NCBI GenBank assembly: GCA_016748015.1
Contig: JAAOMT010000496.1
Location: forward strand, 53,022-117,021
DNA length: 64,000 nucleotides
Origin: Geosiphon pyriformis uo1
Lineage: Eukaryota > Fungi > Glomeromycota
Reading direction: 5' to 3'
A program made the translations under genes and the position numbers. The notes beneath the pieces were generated by a model. It was not told the DNA's origin. It saw only the letters and a list, made by a program, of their open reading frames with translations, and did no database searches. Shown one piece after another: positions 24,361 through 38,700 of the stretch. How positions within the stretch are numbered: the stretch's first letter is position 1; each line of letters opens with the position of its first letter.

Positions 24361-26949
24361 GTGACTAGTAGTACAGCTGCCTATTTTCCAGCTACAAACA
24401 TAGATATTGGGATTAGAGTACAAAGACTTTTGTCTTTTACTTTGGCTGAGTTGTAGGTCATTGCTTTGGCCTTGGAATGTGTTTCATCTTCTTGCACTGT
24501 GGTTTTGTATTTGGACAGCCAATCTGTAATTGATGTTTATGTGTCAGAGTCTTTTTTTGCCATGTCTGACTTCTACAATCATTGCTGGATTGAGAGATTA
24601 CATATTGTCAATCTTATTAAAAATAAAGACATCTTAGTTAAGTGGGTGAAAGTTGAAGAACATTCAGGAATTCCAGACAATATTAGGACTGATGAATTGG
24701 TATATAAAATCACTGTTTCTTTGCTTTTTTTACCAGTTGAGATTCAAAAACAGTTTTTGGTTGCTAAAAATACAGCTGTGTTTGGTAATGTTCATCATTT
24801 TGTGTATGATATTTATTGGTCAATTTGCTGTGCTTGTTGGAAAATTGGTCCTAGTTATGATATTGTTTCAAATGTCATAATTAAAGAGATAAATTGAACT
24901 ACTGCCACAAATATTTAGCATCCTAATCCACACATATTATTTGAAATTACTAGTAGAAGCTTGGCAAATATATACACTTATTTAATGAAAGTAGTACATA
25001 GACAGTTGTCAATAGCAGTTAAGGAGAGATTGTATAACAAAAGTTATTCTGGAGTGCTATGCTTGCTATGTAGTAACATAGAGTTATTTGACTATGGTTT
25101 TGCTTGTTCTGATAATATGAGGCTCCATAAAAATGTTTTAAATAAAGCTGCTAAAAGATGAATGTTATTAACAGATCTCTTTTGCTTGCCTATATCTGCC
25201 ATTTTGTGGTTATATACTACTATATGCAAGAGTTTTGTATTAAAAGATTAGTATGCCAAGACTGCTCTGGTCTTTAAAAAAAAGAGGAAGGCCACTTTGG
25301 CTTTTGTTGAATATGTTAAGTCTGTGGTTAAATTGCATTGTATTATGATGTAACTTATTAAGTTCAGACATAGAATAGATATAGAAAAAGCTAGTTTGAT
25401 TAAAAATAATGATGTGGTTTTAAGCTTGTCTCATTGCTTAATATCTTTGTTGTTAGATAAAATGGTTTGTATGCTTGGTGTTTTAGAATCTTTTACTGTC
25501 AATTTTGGTAGATGCAAACTGTGTTGTTTTTTTTTGGTTTAGACAATAATGCTTTTGTTAGTATAGGCACATAGTGTTGCTTTGTCTGGTCCAAGTGACT
25601 GGTTACATATAGTAAATGTATGAGCTGCATTTAGTGTGTTTTACTTAGTTTGGTTCTATATACTAGATAGCAGTTGAACTTTATTTATAAATTGCATAAT
25701 AATAAAAAAATAAATCAAAAAAAATAATATATGTAAAAATAAAAAATTGAGAAAAAAATAAGTAATAAAATACAATAAAATCTAATAAATAATTATATTT
25801 TATTAAATTTAATATTTTATTTTATTTATTTAATGTTTTTTATTGTTGAAAAATTTATTGTTTATATAATTTTTAAAAGATATTAATAATTAAATTAATA
25901 ATTAAGTTAACATTTAAATTAATAAATAAATCAATAATTTATTTAAAAATAAAATAGTTAATTATATAATATTAAATAATTTAATATATGTAATAATTAA
26001 TAAAAACTATAAATTTAATTATAATATTATTTTTTTCTAGAAAATTAAGTTTTTATAAAACTATATTATCTAATTAAATTGTATTTTTAATTCAAAATAA
26101 AATATTTTATTTAAACACTTTTAAATTTTTAATTGTTTTTTATATAACAAGTTTTTATTAATAAAAATTTTTTTTTAAGTATTTTTTTAAGTGTATTAAA
26201 AAATTATATTAGTTTAACTATTATGCATTTAATTATATATTATTTAATTTATTATTAGTTTATTTATTTTAATAGCTGTTTTTTGGTTTTAAAAACAATA
26301 TATATATATATTTATTATATTAATTATTATGGTCTGATTTTTAATAGTTAAAATAGCATTTAAATAACTAATTGTTTAGCAATTATAAAAAGTATTAAGA
26401 ATGTTTTAAAATGTTTTAATTTATAATATAATTGTTTATATTAATTAATAATATTTTAATTTTAAAGATAATATATTTATTTATTTTTGATTTTTTGTTA
26501 ATTATTAAAGTTAATATTTTTACAACAGACAATTAATTAAATTATTTGTAATATTTTTTAAATCTAATATTATGTATAAATTAATTATAAAAAATTGTTT
26601 TTTATTGGTTTACAAAATATATAATTTATTTTTTAATATTTTATTTATAATAAAAGTTTTTTTTAGTAATTAAAAAACTTATTTATATATATTATTTTTA
26701 TTTAAAAAATATTTTAAAATTAAGTTAAAAAATTGCTAAATCAATTTATTCGTAATATATAATATTAATATATATATATATATATAGAATATTAGTTTAA
26801 TTAAAATAAAAAATAACTTTTTCTTATATAAAATTAAATATAGATTATATATTTAATTTTTTATTATGTTTTAAGTAATTATAGTGTTTTATAATTAAAA
26901 AACATTTTGTTGTAAACAGATTTAAATATTATGGTCTTGTTTCTTACAA

Positions 26950-28300
26950 TTTTATATTTACATACTTGAATTTAAAAAAAAACATTTTCAACAATTTCAA
27001 ATTAGAATAAATTTCATTGAATAGATGATTTTTGATGAGCAATATTTTGTTTAAAATGATTTAAAACAGTTAAAAAACATTTTTAAGTTCGTTGATTAAA
27101 AGAATTTTCAATTGCAAAAGATGTGGTTAAAATCTGAATTAATTGAATCTATTTTTTGAAGATGTACTTATTTATTATAAATAGTCTTTGAAATTATATG
27201 TTGTTCAAGATTTTTCTATTATAATATTGTTTAAATTGTCTTTGGTATAATGTCTGTACTTAATATTTATAAAACTAATACTTTTTGTTTAGATTTAAAT
27301 AAGATGTCTAGCAATATTATCAGATGATTTATAATTATGTTCAGCATTGCGAATTGTTAAATGCCAGTATTTATCAGCTTTAAGTAATCATTTATATACA
27401 GTAAAAAGGCAGTTTGTTAATAGAATTGCTGTTTTTTATTATTGATCTTTTAATAAAAGGCTTTTAAAAGCATATATTCATTTTCTTGATCACATTTGAA
27501 AATAATACAAGTACCATTAGCAGCAGAGTATTATTTTGTAACTACATATTCTTGAAAGTATGTAAAAGTATTAAAGACTTTGTATCATTTCACAAAAGCT
27601 ATATGATGTTTCTGAAGGTAGTAATATTATATAAATATAATCTGTAATTTAATAAAAAGATGTAATTAGTTGTAAAATCAAAAGAAAACTTATTAAGTTT
27701 ATTTTAGAACTCTTTGATTATAAACTTGTTAATATGTTCTCTATGATGTAAATAATATTATATGTTGTGGATGGGTTGATTTAGCAATTCTCAAATAATA
27801 TTAAAAAGTTTTTCTCAAATTAAATTTAGAAAAATGATTCAACTAATTATTTATTCATTATAAATTTAAAATAACTATATTAAATGGTAAAAAAGCATTA
27901 AATAATTCCATAAAATTTATCAATTTTTTAATATACTGTTGTCAATTCTTATAATAACACATCTAAACTATAAATAATATCAATAATTATGAACTTTTTT
28001 ACTTCTAAACTTTGTATGGAATCGCTCTGAATATTATTTTGTTACATATATTATAATAACTTTTATAAGTGCAAGTTTGAATTTTTAAAAGAGAGCTTCT
28101 TTTTAAGTATAAAAATTCTTTAAAAGCAAGCTGCAGCAAGAAGTTAATTAGCTAATTTGATTATAATGCCTTATTAACCATAAGTACAACTATATGTTTA
28201 ATGTTCTACTTCTTAGTTCTTTTTTAGTGAGAAACTTTTTAAAAATACTTTTAAAGTTGAATTCAAAAAAAAACGTTTCTTTTAACATGCTAAAGAGAAT
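26950..28300 (-). pseudogene. Protein kinase-like C-lobe joined to a FAR1/MULE-type N-terminal DNA-binding region, decayed
   Basis: Minus strand DIIYSLDVLL*ELTT at ~27935-27980 resembles kinase subdomain IX; LFENC*INPS at ~27770-27800 resembles subdomain XI. Putative intron 27642-27693. Then IFKCDQENEY...LLTNCLF...WHLTIRNAEHNYKSSDNIARH (~27300-27510) and IISKTIYN. Confidence 0.6.
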
Positions 28301-31300
28301 TATTATTAAGAAGAAGAGAGTGCTATTTTTAAATAATATTATGGTGAATAAAGTTGCACTCTAAAGATTTTTAAGCTAATCAATAATTTTTTAATATAAC
28401 AAAAAATAAAATATAATAAATTTGTTTATAAATTAAATTTAATTAAAATTTAATATAGTGTTATAGGAAAAATATTTCAAAAAAGAGGGTAAAAATTATA
28501 TTATTTTTTACTTCATTTATATTATTTAAATAAAATATTCTAAACAAACAAACAAATAAACAATCAAACACTCAAACAATCAAATAAATAAACATAATAA
28601 ATATTATTTTTTTTTAATGTATCTTTTAAAAAATTATAAAACTTTTTTATATCCTTCTTAAAAATCAATAAAATAAGTTCTTTTTAATAATCAAATACGA
28701 TTCAAGATTGATTTTTCGAAAAAATATAATATTATTACTGCAATTTATATGGTATCAGTTTTTTATTTTTTAATACAAGAAAACCAGAGTGGCAGCTGGA
28801 TAGCCTCTAAAGTAATAATTCAAAAGTGTAAAAAACTAGATATAAACTAGACCTCAGAATCACAATTTAAAATACCAATTTTAATTGATAAATAAAGTGT
28901 TAATTGTTTCCTCAAATATTGTATTCATAATAAATACATTTAACTGTCTTGGTCTAAATAATATTGGCTCAACAATATTTGGTTTACAAATTAAAGGTAT
29001 TTGAAAAGAAATTAATCTTAAATTAAAGTTTTTTTTAAAAAAAATTTAATGTATATATATATATTTCAAATATTGTTCATTAGTGGGAGTTCAATTTTAC
29101 GATTATTTACCAATTGAAGGCTTTTTAATCATAACGTTTTTCAAAACAAATAATTATCTTAACCATTTTTAAATTTTTAATCAAATAAAATTTTGAGATA
29201 TTAATACTTCTTTATTTATATTAGAAATTAACAAAAAAAACAATAAGCTGCTAGAAATCCAATACAAGTTTCAATTTATTTTAATGATGATATAAAGTTG
29301 CCCAAAGAATTTCTAGTAAGATAAAGAGTTTTAAAGAAATTATGAGAATTTAAAAAGGAAAAAAATTGAATGATTAGCAGCAGAAAATTTTTTTTGATTA
29401 TTGGATTAATTAATATAAATCAATAATTAATATTTTCGAATAGGACTTCATATATTGATTTAAATTATATATTTATAATTTTTTTATTAATAACCACATT
29501 TCAAATTAATATTAGAGAGAATGTATTTAAGATTTAGTAAAGAAACTATTTTTTATGAAAATCTTTTGAGAAAACTTTTATCTTATTCCTTCAACTCTGA
29601 ATTTTATATTATTACTGTGCTAAAAGATATTGTGAAAGTTCTTAAAGTGTAGGGAATTGTTTTCTTTTTTCAAAAAACTCAAAACAACAACACAACACAT
29701 TATAAAATTAATAATTTGTTAAATATTACTAAAATTTAAAAAAAAACAAAAATTAAATATAAAAATAGATCTAATTTTTTATTTATAAGCAAAATAACCA
29801 AAAAATTAATTTTCAATAATTTGAATTTCAACAATTTTAAACAAAATAAATTATTATTTAATAAATAATTATAATTATAAATAAAATAATATTATTACAA
29901 ATATCTAAAACCAAATAAATTAAATATATATTTTTATATATTTAATTAAGATAACTAATTTTAACTTATAAGTACTTATAAAAATTGTTAATTACAATTG
30001 GTTAAATAAACATATTTATTTTATAAAATTACAAGCTATTATTATTTATCCAAAATTCAATGACAAGAAAAAACAATTACAAAAAATAAAAGTTAGTTTT
30101 TGGTAAAAAATATATTATAATTAATAGTATTTAGAATATTAAGCTTTACAAATATTATATCTATACAAGAAAATAAAACCAATAAATTTATATTTGCTAA
30201 AATACTTTCAAGCAAATAAAAACTCTTGTCTAAAAATAATCTCAAAATTTTTAGGTAAAGTATTAGGTTTAATAAAGATAATAGTATTATTTTTTTTTAA
30301 TCCAATTATTAGAAAGTGCTACAGAAAAATATTGTGATTGTGCTGCTAAAATTTACAAATGAAAATAAATAGCTCTGATATTGAATGCTTCTCCAATAAT
30401 AATTTTAACATTAGAGAAATTCTAACAATTTAGTAAATTTTTGAAATCATTAGATAAAGCATGAAGGAATTGCTGGAGTACTATCAGTAAAATATTAGGA
30501 GCTTTAAAATATTGATATTTAAATCTGCATTTTTTAAAGAAAAGAATTTTTACAAAAATCAAATCAACATTTAGGTTTTATATTAAATATGTGTTTAACA
30601 GATAATCTGTTTTTTTTTTACTAGTTTTTTAATATGAATATTAAATTTAAAATCTAATACAGTTTTTTTAATAAATTTTATAATAATTAATATATTGACT
30701 TTTAATAATTTTTCGAAACTTAATTTGATTTTTATTTTAATAGCTTTTTAAAATTTTAGTTATAATATTTAAAATTTGGTAATTTTATAATTACTGTAAA
30801 ATTAAAAATATTCTTTAATTTAATAATATTTAATTACATTTGTAATTCATGATAAATCAAATTATTAATAATAAGAATAATAATTGAATAAATCAAAAAA
30901 TATTGTAATAGTAAGTTCATGTTTTTATTTGAATTAGTAATAAAATATAATAGAACATAATATCATTATTTATTATTTTTAATTATCAAGATTGATTTTA
31001 ATTTTTAATTATATTTTAATAAAAAGTAATTTTAAAAATTTATTATACATAATATACTTTTAAGATTATATTATAATTAAATTGCTTATATTTTAACATT
31101 GAAAATAATTTTTTTTAATATGAAAATTTAATATTTAAATCGTAAATGGATAGAAGTTGTTTAAGAAATTAAAAATACTTCTAACATAAGCTGTAAAATA
31201 TTACAATAAATAAAGCCTTTCATAATTTTTTAATTTAAATAAAAACCAATTGCTTTTTTTGGGAAGTGTTAAAAAATATATATTGATTGATGCTTACTGC

Positions 31301-32299
31301 TCTTAAAAATTTATTGATAAATTACTTTTACATTTTAAAATTTTTTGCTTTATAATTTTAAACAAAAGCTAAAATTTTTAGAACAATCAAATCAATTAGA
31401 TGCAAGAAAACTTCTTTGGAAAAATTAATTGAAATTATTTAAAGAGATAGAATTGTCTAAAATGAAATTGAATATATTTTAACTCAAACTATAAAAGACA
31501 ATAATATATATTTGCTCATTATCTTATTCAATTACAAAAATTGCAAAATATTAATTCAATAAAATTTGCAAAAAAAGAAATAATTAAATTTAATTAGTTC
31601 CTAAAGCACTTCTTAAATCATCTTACAAATTTTTTTGAAATCATGTCTGCTTCTAAATTTTATCAATGGAAAAAGTAGATTTTAAAAAAATTAACTACAA
31701 TAATCTTAAATTATAAATAGAAGAAACTAATTTAAAAATTTGAATATAAAAATCTTATAATTTTTTACGAATTGAAAATATATTTAAAAAATACTTTTAT
31801 AATACAGCAGAAACTATTTTTGATATTATGAATAGATTTTTAGATTAAGAAAAAAGTAGTCTTTAATTAATAAAATAATTAATTCTAAACTGATAATATG
31901 AAACTAAAAAAGATAAAACTGATAAGAATTAAGATTTATTATAAGAGTTAATTATTAGAGCTCAAAAAAAATTTAATAGTTTTAAAGAAGATAGATATGA
32001 AAACAGAAGTTTGAAATCAATTAATTGCCAAATTTTTTTCATGTTAATTTATTAAAAAGCAGTTTCTAAATAATACTATAATTAAGTTAGTTTAATCAAC
32101 TTAAAGAAATCTAAGATAAAACATATTCAAATGGAAGTCTTAATTTTTGTAAATATGATACACTTTTTCTTGGTCCCATATTAAAAATAATTTTTGATAA
32201 TGCAACTTTGAAGCTAGATTTTTTATTTAAAAATTTATTATAACCAGCAATAATTAAAGTATTAAGTTTTTAATAGTTTCTAATTGTTTAAGCAATGTA

Positions 32300-34103
32300 A
32301 ATAATTGAAAACACAGCTTTACATTTGGTTATTTTTTTAGCTAGTAAATATTCAAAAGTTGCTAATTTAGTAAAAATATATCTTGGGAACAATTAAAAAA
32401 CACTTAAAGACTTATTCAGTTGTTTGAATAATAAAAGTTTAAAGTTTTCAACAGATCATATTTTATTCAGCTTTTTTTTAGAACATGGAATTGAAAATAT
32501 TCTTAATTTAAAAAAAAATTTCTAGAATTTCAGAAAGCAGTGAATTCAAAAGATTCTTTTGAATAATTCTTTTAAAATTATTGCTACAACAATGTAATTG
32601 GTGTTTTACAAGATCAAAAAAAAGCATTTTTACTCTATTTAAAAGCAGTAAAAGCAAGTAATATGAATGCTTAAAAAAATTTTGCATGTTGCTATAATAA
32701 TGGAAAAAGAATAACAAAAATTTGAAAAAAGCATCTGAACTCTATTCAAAAGCTGCAGGAGAACATACAATAGCACAATTTGCTCTTGGAAATTGTTATC
32801 ATAATGGATAGAAACAACAAAAGCAGCAGATATGAGACATACAAAATCAAAAAATAATCTTGTACTTTGTTATGATAATAGGTAGGAAACAACAAAAAAT
32901 GAGAAAAAAGCATTTTAATTTCTATTTAAAAGCAGCAGAGACAAAACATACTAATGCACAATACAATCTTAGACTTTGTTATCAAAATAGATTAAAAACA
33001 ATGAAAAATTTAGAAAAATCATTTGAGTTTTATTTAAAACAGCAGAGATAGGACATATTAGTGCACAAAATAGTCTTGGAGTTTCTTATCAAAATAAATA
33101 GAGAACAATAAAAAGTGAAAAAAAAGCATTTAAAAACAGCAAAAATGAATAATACAATTACACAATATAATTTTGTACTTTGCTATAAAAAAGAAAAAAA
33201 AATAACAAAAAATAAAGAAAAAGCATTTAAATTCTATTTAAAAGCAGCAGAAACAAATAACTTAAGTTTTTAAAATCATTTTTCTGATTTAAATGTCTTT
33301 AATCTTACTTTACAAAATCAAAATGATTTAGAACATTTTATTTTACAATTTCAAAATCAAGGTTTAAAATGCCCAAATGATTCTAAAAGTAAGTTTTTAG
33401 ATTTTAAAGCTTTTTTTAACAGACTTTCAGATAAATTTAAATGTTTTAAATGTGGTAGCTTGAATATAATTATTACTAGATTTCCTATATGTCTATTTTG
33501 TAGTATTGATAAAAGTGATAATAATTTATTTGAAGTTGGTTTATTGAAATATCCAGAATGCTATTACATATTAAAAGATCTACTTTGGTGTAAATATTGG
33601 TAATTATTACAATTGTTAAAAAGTTAAGAACATAGATTAATAAAAATAATAATATTGATTAGTATATAAAATATATGCAGAAAATTTCTAAAAGCTGCAG
33701 AAGCTGCTTAAAGTAAATTTTTTTTGACGAAATTAAATTTTTAAATAAAATAGAACAGAAAAGATTTTGAATTATTAAAGAAGATATATAAAAAAAAAAC
33801 CAATTTTTATTTCAAGACAAAAAAATCAAAAGTATAAGAGAAGTAATATTATGAAAGTTGCTTTAAAATGTTTTAAAAATAACTAAAATATAAAATTTAT
33901 TAATTCAATTGAGATAATTTTGTTTAATATATTTTTCGAATTTATATTAATCTTTTTTCTTTTTCTAATATTGGAAAATAATTGAAATAGTTTATTGCTT
34001 ATCTTTATTGTGTTTTTTGCAAATACATTCTTTAATGCTATAAAATCACAAAAGACATTACAACTAATAAATTTATTATGATTTTACTATTTTTAGACAT
34101 AAA
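32300..34103 (+). pseudogene. Sel1-repeat + Cys-rich + TKL-type kinase pseudogene, copy 1 (kinase truncated)
   Basis: AAETKHTNAQYNLRLCYQNRLKTMKNLEKSFEFYLK-type Sel1 repeats at ~32450-33270, then CFKC/CLFC motifs, VALKCFK at ~33857 and an intron remnant. Homology to copy 2 stops at ~34103. Coding-like sequence may extend upstream to ~31146. Confidence 0.8.
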
Positions 34104-34349
34104 GTATTGTTCCAAACTTTTGACTTTTTTGGGCAATCAAGTTTTTTTATTATACAAAATTTACAATAATATTTTGTTACAATTGACTATTTTTTATTAT
34201 TGTTACAACATGTTTCTATGAATGACTATTTTTTTTCACAGTTGATATATTTTAGCTTTGGATATCTATATTTTTGTTCTCTTTTGCTTAATGTTTTATA
34301 TTAAAAAATAGATAATAGTTAGTTTTTTTGGTTAAAAAATAAGTAGCAT

Positions 34350-35700
34350 TAGATGATTGCTACTGGTATTTTTTTTTCAAATTGAGAGTAAAAATAAGTT
34401 GGTTTTAAAATTATGTGCTTAAAAAACTTGATAAATTTGTAAGATAAATTTGTTTTTCTTTTTCTAAAATTTGATTAATGGTTTTTTGATGATAACAATT
34501 TTAAAATAACTATATATTGTTAATTATATGTAATATTTATAATAGCTAATTTAAAGTTCTTAAATTATTTAATTAAAAGTGGTTTTAGTTTTGATTAACC
34601 AATTATTATTAATAAAAGCTTAATACTACATGACTTGCATAATAAAAATTTTAATAAGTATTATTATGCTATTGACTTTAAATAAAAAGTTGTATATTTT
34701 ATTAATAAAAATTTTTATAATTTTGTATTATTAGTTTAATCAACTTAGTAATCTATTAATTTATAAACTGTTTTATAATAATATTAAAATCTATTTTATT
34801 AAATAATAATTTGCTGTATTCTTCATTTAAATCAAAAAAAATTGTTATTAAGATATTATTTTTTATAATTATAGTTAATAAAATAATAATATTAAATATA
34901 TTGTGTTCTAAATTTTTAGTAATATATTATTTATTAGACATAATAAGAAGACATAAATAGATTAAGAATTTAGAAATTAAAATTGTGAATTTGCCAAATT
35001 TTTGGCATAGTTTTTTTGTTATTAGTTAATATTATTAAAAATTTTTAATTTTTAGTTCTGTTATATATTTTTTAATTTTAGATTACTATTTAGTACTTGA
35101 ACCAAAAATTGTTGTTAAAGTAATTACTATAATTATAATAATTTTTATAATTATGACTAATAAATAATTTATAATTGTTATATTTATAATTAAAATATTA
35201 AAAAATAATATTAAAATAATTAATATTGTTTTTATTAAATTATAAATTTATAGTTCAAGTTTGAAATTAGCAATCAAAGTTTTAATATTAAATTTTTAAT
35301 TATTATTAACTTAATTATTATTTATAATTAATTTTAATATGTTTTTGTTTATAATAATAATTATAATTAATTTAAAAACAATAGTTAAAAATTAATTTTC
35401 GAAATAATTGTTGTTTTTATTATTGTTATAACATACTAAAAATTAATATTTAAATTTTATATTTATTCTTGTATTTATTACCAATCAATTTTTAATATTG
35501 TAATTTTAGCACTTTTTTTTAATCAATTTATTTTAACAACAAAATAATACAAAAGTAAAAAAATGAAAAAAATAATAATAAAATCGTTATTTTATTAATA
35601 ACTATAATTAAAAACTATAGTTTTAATGTAGTTAAATTTTTGAATAAATGCTTTTAATATAAGTTATTTTAACAAATCTAATATTTAAAAATAAATATTG
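34350..35700 (-). mobile_element. Ty3/Gypsy-like gag-protease relic
   Basis: The minus strand at ~34545-34690 reads FLFKVNSIIILIKIFIMQVM*Y*AFINNNWLIKT. 34930-35330 is visibly homologous to 11890-12300. Confidence 0.6.
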
Positions 35701-38700
35701 ATTTATAAACTTAGATAGTAAATTATTGTTGTAATTTATATTAGAAAAAATTTACTTTAAGTGCTAAATTACTAATTATTAAAATTAATTTTTATTAAAT
35801 AAAAAAAATTTAATAAAAAAATTATTATTTTTTTGTTTTAATACTATTATTATATATATATAAATCTTTAAAATATGAAATTTTTAGAATTTTAATAATT
35901 TTTATATTTTTTGTATTATTATTAAAATTTTAACATTTTTAAAATTTCTTAAATTTTTTTTAGTATTCTTGAAATTTTATCTTATTTAACAATTTCTAAT
36001 ATATAATTGGTTAATTTATGCTATATGTTAATTATTAATTATACTTTATAAATAATATTTAATTACTATATATTACAATTTAAAAAAACTAATATATTGT
36101 AATTGTTGTAAATTATCTTACAAAATAATTTAAAGCAAAAGATATCTAAAAAAGAGATGTAAAATCAATTACAAGTTTCATTTACAAAAAACATTATTTG
36201 TAAACATAAATGTTTAATTAAATTACTTTCTTAATAAAGACTTATTTAGTTTAAATAATTACAGAAAAAAACTTTTAAAAAACATTTTATCAAAGAGTTT
36301 TATTTTTTTTAACATATTAGAAAAAAAATAACAAATTACAACTACTTAAAAATATTTTTTCTAATAAAAATAAAAGACAATATATTCAAAATTAGTTAAT
36401 TTTTAATATTAAAAAGAGCAATAATTTTATAAGCAGTATCTAAAATAAAATTAAACAATATAAAAGTTAGAACAAAACTGACAATATAAAAAAATATAAC
36501 ACAAAAAAAGAAAAAAAAATTACCAATTAATCTATGCAAATGAAATATTGTTTTTTTGAAGTAACTTAAAAAAAAAGGTAAATATTAATGTGTTCAAAGA
36601 GTTTACTAATAAATGTTTTTGTATTAGTTTTTTTAATATATATAAAGATAGTAGAAAATAAAAAAAAATTATTAGCATTTTAAAATAGTTGTTTACAGCC
36701 AATTTTTGCTCTTTTGTGTATTGCCAAAACCATAGTTTTACAAGTTTTTTATCATAAATTTTTAATATCTATGTTTATATAACATAAATAATAGAGAAAT
36801 ATTTTAAACTTTTGCTTACTAAAGAGACCAAAAAAAAACTTGTTTGATACTATTTGCTTTAGTATTACTTTGATCTAAAAATATACTAAAGTATTTACTA
36901 AAAATACTTTTTTTAATGATTTATAATATTACAGTAATAGTTTTATTTCTTTATTGCATACAAAAAATGTACACTAATATTTCAATATTTATATTTATTT
37001 CAAACATATAATGTAAAAAAATACCAGTTATGTTTATTGGTTTTGTGTGTAAAATCTATTAGAGTTAACCATCTATAACATCAAAGTTTTGGAATATGTA
37101 AAAACAATATCTTGGGTAAACTGCTGGGAAACATCTTAAAAAACTGGTGAGAAATACAATACAATTTAGTATAATATTTTCGATTACTTAGATGTGATAT
37201 AATCTCAAAATTGTCTTGTTTTAACTTAGTAATACCAATAAAGTAAGTCTCTATAGGTCTATAAAGTTTATATTTGATGTTTACGATTTTTTTTGTCTTA
37301 AATTTTGAGTAGAATTACCAAGACTTAATATATTAGCATATTTCTTAACAGTATTAACAATAACTACCAGAGAGTAATACTTAACTGCTTTTTTTTAACC
37401 AAGATTCAAAAAATTTCAGAGCATTTCAACTTGTTGTTAGGATAAGTTTAGGGCTTATATAGGTATTAGGCTTAAGAGTGTTTATTATTAAGATTAAAAA
37501 CACGATTAAGACTTATCAAAAAACAGTAAAACTTGTTAAAAAAAACTGTGTAAAACTTATTGTAAAAAAAGTGAAAATTTGTTGTGAAAATTTGTCAAAT
37601 AAAAAACATAAAAAAAAACATGAAAAGCTCTTCAAAAAAATCAACCAATAAAATACATGTTTTCATAAATCATTGATTAACTATATATTCTCTATTATAA
37701 TGTAATTATACATCAGCAATTGGCATTATGTAAAATATATTCTGCTTTAGCCTCCCTTTATTTATGGATAATTGACTAAATAAAATAAAATAAAAGTATT
37801 TATTCTTAAAAATATCTAAAAACTAAAAATAGTGAATAAAAGTAGAATGTAAATTAATATAATTGGTCTTAAAATCATAGTTGCTAATTTTTTCAAAAAA
37901 TCCAAAAATAGAGAGAATAATTTGCAATTGGTAATAAAAATAATACTGCTGTTATAATTTTAATATTTGTTTATTTAAAAAATTATAAGAGCAAGTTTCT
38001 TATTTTTCAAAAAATATTAGATTGATTTCAATTGAATTATAGCTATTGATATCTTTAATTATTAAACTTAAATTGTTAAAGTTTAGCTCTAAAATTATTG
38101 GTTAAATTTTGAAATCTTTTGAAATAATTTTATACATATATTTATTAATAATGGTTAAATACCGATATAAATTGTGTATTTTTTATAATTTTACTCAATT
38201 AAAACTATACTATACAAAATTATTTAGATTTAAACAAAAAAATAAGTTTAGTTAACTAAATTTAAAACATAAAATATGATATATATTTTAAAAATATCAC
38301 ATTTTTTAATCATCTATTTACAATTTGACAAAACAGTATTATTATTGAAAGTTAAATTGTTTTTTCTATTTTCTTTTTAATTTAATTAAAGCCACATTTG
38401 TTTACAAAGTTTTATTATAAAAACATAAACTAATTTTGTTATCTTTAACATTAAACGATTTAATAAATAAAATAAATTTAAAAGTTAACAAAGAACTTTT
38501 TTTATAATACTCATAAACACATAATTATATTATTTACATTAACAATGTTTTTTTTTGTTTTTTAATAATTAATTAATAAAATAAATAAAATATTTCATAA
38601 AATATTTTGCTCTATTTAAATAACATTATTGTATATTCAAAAAATAAAGGTTTGTTTACTTGGAACTTTAAAAGAGCCAAGTTAGTTTGGTACAAAGCTC

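Larger units (their letters stand above)
23030..25710 (+). mobile_element. 5'-truncated LINE, interrupted in RNase H by a solo LTR
   Basis: Fragments 23050-23277, 23290-23493, 24466-24897 (YLDSQ, VKVEEHSGIPDNIRTD) and 24961-25161 (CLLCSNIELFDYGFAC). Stop at 25572-25574, then shared tail and A-rich run. Confidence 0.88.

Noticed and set aside
21570-25710. Single LINE with a twin-priming 5' inversion
   Set aside because: Both arms contain their own RNase H, Zn finger and 3' tail and are divergent, so they are two separate insertions.
1-25710. Alternative genetic code (TGA=Trp) or Mollicute/organelle origin explaining the in-frame stops
   Set aside because: Trp positions appear as TGA, TAG and TAA alike, frameshifts are present, and spliceosomal introns occur elsewhere in the window. 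This is mutational decay.
36150-37420. Possible decayed transposase or other gene
   Set aside because: The texture is coding-like but I could not identify any family motif by eye.
37437-37475. Telomere or interstitial telomeric array
   Set aside because: There are only two exact TTAGGG units, interrupted, which is too short to call.
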